64,000 bases of DNA, taken from NCBI GenBank assembly GCA_000320545.1, contig ADNK01001691.1:12206-76205 (forward strand), given 5' to 3'. The translations under genes and the position numbers were made by a program. The stretch comes from Bigelowiella natans CCMP2755. Lineage: Eukaryota > Protista > Cercozoa. Below are positions 59,901-64,000 of this stretch, one piece after another. Positions within the stretch are counted from its first letter, which is position 1; every line of letters begins with the position of its first letter. The notes beneath the pieces were generated by a model, which had not been told where the DNA came from, searched no databases, and saw nothing but the letters and a program-made list of their open reading frames with translations.

Positions 59901-60445
59901 CCGCGACCCGGTGCGCGGCCGATGGGTAGTAGGCGACACGGACGAGGACCTCCCCGTCACTCGGGGAGAATGAAGCGCCGGCGTCGTCGCCGTCGCCGTC
60001 ATCCAGCTTCTTTCGCACGATTTCCTGTCGATTCAGGGGCAGCCATCGCTCCGAGTACAGCGTCGGCGTAGCCGCTTTGCTTTCCCCCCCGCCCGCGCTC
60101 TTCGCGTCCCCCCCCGCTCGCTCCCTCGCGAGGTCCTCGAGGCCGCGGGCCACGCCGCCGAGAAAGGTGTCCGAGAAGATCTTGTTTCGCCGGAGCACGG
60201 AGACGGTGATCCGCCTGCTTTTGAGGTTGGGGGCGGGGAGCAGGACGCCCTTTGTGCGTGCATCGGCGCTCAGAAGCGGTACGGTCTTCTCTGCCTCCAC
60301 CCGTCGATCCTCGTCCTGGCTCGCGGTGTTGACCAGTCGTACGTTCACGTCGATTTGCCGCCCCTCTGTAGCGCCGGGGACATCCTTGATGTCCATGACG
60401 AGAACCTCCACCAAGCCGCCTAACGAGCGCATATAGATAAGGTAT

Positions 60446-60482
<37 letters not shown>

Positions 60483-60926
60483 CATATGTATCCTTTGTGT
60501 GTGGTGAGATGTGGGCGACGACTACCATAACCCTTCCCCATACACTAGTTGTTATTATTATTATCATTATTATTATTGTCATTATTATTATCATCAACAT
60601 CTAATGCTATTCGAGAGAAGACAAGAACCCCCACGACACGGCATGCGAGACATACGCAGCATATTCGTAGTTTTCAGCGCCCTCACCAACCTCCGCGGTG
60701 TTTGTCCTCCACGTGCTTCCCTTCATCAACACCATCCTTCTCGTCACCCCCCTCGCCGGCCACGCCTCTGCTGGTCTCGGTGGCCTCTTGGTGCGCGGAT
60801 TTTAGCGTTCTCCATCTCGACCTCAGCCGGCTCGCTACTGTCTTCATGTTGGCAGCGATGATCTAACAACGCACAGGCACTCAGAGAGAGAGAGACGGGG
60901 GGGGGGGGGGGGGGGAGGGGGGGGAG

Positions 60927-60976
<50 letters not shown>

Positions 60977-61680
60977 AGAGAAAGAGAGAGAGCGCATACC
61001 TGCAGCTGCTCCTTGGCATCGGGGATCTTGATACCATAGCCAAGATGTGAAAGCACACTCGTGTCGGCCTTGGTGCCTGGCAGCGGTACGTCGGATACCG
61101 CCAGGAGATGAGTAGGCCCGTCCTGGATCAAGCTCATATACACCTTGTGCTGGTAGGAAGAGCTGTCGTTCGCGCGGTGAGCGACGTACAGCTCCTTCAG
61201 TGGGAACTCGCCGGAGACCTCGATCCGGGCCGTTGTGAATCGCCGCTGCGTCGCCGCGACTGCCGCCCCACCCCCCGACCCCGCTACTTCGTCGCCCTCC
61301 TCCGAAATCTGGAGGGTGAGGGCCATGGGGTCGAGCGGGTAGTCCCACGAGTACCCGGTCTCGTGGTAGGGAGGAAGCTCCGTCCACAGCCCGTCCCCCC
61401 GCTGGGAGAAGCGGATCGTGTCCAGCGCGCACGCGTTGACGATCCGGACGGGGGGGGAGAGAGGATTTTCCGGCTTGAGGACGACGAAGAGCGAAGGCCC
61501 CTTTGACCTCACCTCCACACGCACCGGGAACTGAATCTCATGGCACCGCATAAGGAATCCGAAATCTCCCGGTTTATCGATGGCGACAGGGCCCGACCAC
61601 GCCCATGATCGCTCAGCCTTGATCCAGCTGCTGCTGCTGCTGCTACTTCCTCCACCTGCCATCATTTGCATAAAGACATA

Positions 61681-61719
<39 letters not shown>

Positions 61720-64000
61720 CTCAAATCTATATCCACAACACCCTCCTTCACAGCACACACACGCGCACGCGCGCCCCCCCCCTCCCCCCCCCTCCCCCGC
61801 TAACTTCCTACCACGTGGAAGCGGAGCTTCTGCCTCGAGGCGAAACCTGACAAACTGCTCCAGGAACGCATGCGACCAATGATAAGCGACATGCGTGCCC
61901 GGCTCCACGTGAACGATACTGCTGTCCCCGCCGCCCAACTTCTGCGGCTTCTCCGGAAGAAGCGGGATCCCATCCAGCGCCTGGCGGATGGCAATCTTGG
62001 CAGGGAGCTCGTTTCGGATGAAAAACCTGGGCGCCATTGTCAGCACCAGCGTCCTGTCAAACGGCGCGGGCGCAAGCGACATCTGCCAGCCTATGCTGTA
62101 GGCGCTTTGCTGTATGGGGTTGACAGGCTTCCTGCAGGCTGCGCACGCTCCGCAGGAGTTGCGCGAGGCCTTGATCATCATCCTCCTCTCCACCTCCCTG
62201 GCCGCTTTCGCCCTCCGGGAGTCCGCAGAGGGGGTGGGGGAGATCACCTGGAGAACGTCAGATTGCCCGGCGACCGAGAGGTCCACGAGCGAGCTCGACC
62301 ATGTTCCAAAGCCAGCCCGCCCCTCCGCCTCGTCGGATTCAAACCGAACCTTTACTTTTTCCACCCCGGCGCCAACCATGAACGCGGGCGGGTTGGTGTT
62401 GCCGCCATTGCTCTTCGGCACTCCTTTGCCCTCCCCCATTGCGGCGGCTGCCTCGCCTTTTCCAACCTTCTTTCCGTCACCGCCGCCACTGACGACAGCG
62501 GCGGTGTCGTTCTTAGAGTCTTTGCCCACGACAACTTTCCCCCCCTCCCCCTCCTTCAGCTCGAGGGGGGGGAAGGGGATGGAGGAGTCCGCGGCGGCCA
62601 CGCCGAGCTTCAGCTTCGGCTCGGTGCAGGCGTTGTATATCCAGACTGGCGCGTAGAAAGCCGCCAGAATGCTGCCGGAGCCGGCCTCACGGTCGACCTC
62701 GATATTGAGCTTGAATGGCGTTCTTTTATCTCCGGAGCGGCCTTTATCCTCAGCGACGACGGACTCAACCCGAGCTCCCCCCCCCTTTCCGGTGAGGTCG
62801 CACGCTTCGCTCCAGTCCTTCATCCAGGGCAGCTTCACCTCCACCGACAAGCTGTCAGGGTGGGCTTTGAGGCAGTGGTAGACGCCCGCCGGCTCCACCC
62901 TCACCATCAGCGAGGAGGAGGAGGAGGAGGGCAGTTTCGTCGTGATTCGGAACGTCGCGGCGCATGGGAGATAGTTGGACAGGATTAGAGGGGAGGAAAC
63001 AACCACCGCCCATTTGTTCGCGTCCTCCCGCACGATTTCCGTGTACACGCATTGAAAATCGCCATCCTTCGCCCCTTCTCCGATCATCAGACTAGGTGGG
63101 TTGTCCTCGCCGTCGCTATCATCACCCGCTGTGTCCTTCCTTCCCATCGAGAGGAGCTTCTGCCACGAAGATTTCTTGTCTTTTCCTTCGCCGCCATCGC
63201 CGCCCATTCTCACCACAGCGGCGGCAGCGCCCTTCTGCTCGCCCGCAATCTGACAACGAGGCTGCGGGGAATGCGTGCCTCCAGACAGGATTTGGAAGGC
63301 AATGTCCGAAGGGAGGGAGGCGTGCGGGAGCCATATCGACGTCCCCGGAAGCAGCGCCTTGTTCTTGCCACCGTCGCCGCCCCCGAGAAGCTCCACCTTC
63401 GCGCCCGTCATATTTCGCAGCGACAGCGGAGGGCGGATCGTGAGGACTCGCGAGCCGTTCTTGAGCTCAACGGAAACGACAAGCGGGGGATCGGCTTTGC
63501 CGACCTTCGCGTCAGCAGCCTCCAGTGTTGGGGACAGCGTGGTGGAGGATATCCTCTGCGGGTCGACCTCAAGCGGATCATACCCAGCGACCATAAGCTT
63601 CACCCTGCCATTGGACGTGCCAAGAGTCAGTGGCAAGGCCGCCTGCTTTGGCCCGCCGCCCTCAAGCTCGAATTGCTCTTCCTTCCGCTCCGCCCCCCCC
63701 CCCGCTTGTCCCGCGACCACGGCGTACTTGACGGACTTCCCAGACTCATTGGCGATGACGAAAGCGCTGAACGCTGCCGTGGCTCTCTTGAGATCCGAGC
63801 CATGGCGGCCGCCGTCGTGATCGAGCGTCTCATTGGCAGCCTTTAGGACGTCCAGCGAGGCCACGACGCTGTTGAGCATGCCTCTGGAGACGTTCAGAAA
63901 CAGCGGATTCGCCGCTCCGACGGTGAAGTTAGATCGCAGCAAATCGGCCTGTGCGGTGATGCGCCACTGCTCGATCATGGGCTCCCAGGCGCAAACGTCC
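54789..64000 (-). CDS. VPS13: VPS13-family lipid transfer protein, 3' portion (gene continues beyond the window; exact 3' end uncertain)
   Basis: VAB/SHR-BD-like repeats (PLILSNYLP, YAPVWIYN, APRFFIRNELP, PPVRIVN...YSWDYP); C2-like segments; VPS13_C motifs LPEIGISMID..EIFYLSL, LELQPLALNLSF, HYTSQGLGQAYKLVGSIAILGDPVGLVGNLGEGVADFFYEPAQG; GVTGIFVDPVVGASKGGVAGFFKGLGIG; RYIALDRVLRPY. Confidence 0.93.

Overview
Eukaryotic, intron-rich, gene-dense DNA, probably from a protist or alga; the organism cannot be identified from sequence alone. Introns are GT-AG and full of microsatellites. Host genes, left to right: MAM33/p32-like (-), PAS/PAC-like (+), U1-type zinc-finger protein (-), UIM + RING-H2 E3 ligase (+), EF-hand-like/coiled-coil protein (-), TLDc protein (-), V-ATPase subunit E (+), atypical Rho GTPase (-), DUF3291 (+), orphan ORF (-), SPRY protein (+), prohibitin (-), and the 3' part of a VPS13 gene (-). 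Two young full-length LTR retrotransposons sit head-to-head at 41-54 kb. (1) A Ty3/Gypsy element (41021-46887, minus strand) has 326-bp LTRs that are identical by eye and a 4-bp TSD (TGCG). Its Pol ends in a degenerate Dam-like N6-adenine methyltransferase-type domain, and a 151-bp tandem duplication splits gag from pol. (2) A Ty1/Copia element (47716-54217, plus strand) has a 5-bp TSD (AGGGG), non-canonical TG...AA ends and a half-tRNA-Met PBS. Its LTRs carry 13 and 15 in-phase GAAnnTTCnn units, a very large heat-shock-element array, and a third HSE cluster lies in its 3' region. A window-wide pattern also stands out: TG/CA- and palindrome-rich spacers lie at gene 3' ends, and both retroelements inserted into one of them. 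All family calls are by-eye motif recognition; no database searches were run. Multi-exon gene boundaries are approximate.
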